Assembly (NCBI RefSeq): GCF_963921235.1
Contig: NC_086100.1
Span: 203,300,001-203,364,000 of the forward strand
Reading direction: 5' to 3'
DNA length: 64,000 nucleotides
Origin: Mobula hypostoma
Taxonomy: Eukaryota
This document shows positions 63,931-64,000 of the stretch, piece by piece (within the stretch, counting starts at the first letter, position 1; every line of letters begins with the position of its first letter). Both the position numbers and the translations under genes were made by a program. The notes below the pieces were generated by a model, which ran no database searches, was not told where the DNA came from, and saw nothing but the letters and a program-made list of their open reading frames with translations.

Positions 63931-64000
63931 AAATGTCTCACCTTCTCCTCGCTCCCTGCTACAACACTTTTCCTCAACCATCAGGAACCTCTGTTGGAAC

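Overview
Eukaryotic, repeat-saturated vertebrate DNA. The repeat types and an expanded GPR139-like receptor type suggest a cartilaginous fish (inference). Most of the window is non-LTR retrotransposon sequence: several CR1 families (ORF1 zinc finger/coiled coil/SGNH esterase; ORF2 APE endonuclease + RT), including nine copies of one young family with a (TTCTATGT)n tail, one apparently full length. There are also Rex1/Babar- and L2/CR1-like fragments, Penelope-like pieces, Gypsy-type LTRs, a decayed hAT transposon and tRNA-derived SINEs. One intact host gene is visible: a two-exon class A GPCR of the GPR139/GPR142-like type, join(37667..37736,38708..39606), 322 aa. A paralogous first exon lies on the minus strand at 8713..8782. 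A ZNF143/ETS/CCAAT promoter-like cluster sits at the right edge. The most notable observations are: (1) a 237-bp fold-back insertion with a 14-bp TSD carrying two inverted minimal hammerhead-ribozyme motifs; (2) three CR1 copies sharing the same RT nonsense codon; (3) a probable ~5.9-kb inversion marked by a 51-bp inverted duplication that splits one LINE; (4) a duplicated non-TE-looking segment near the GPCR paralog; (5) a miniature Gypsy derivative. TE boundaries were read by eye and are approximate unless a TSD is quoted. Family labels A/B/C are my own working names.
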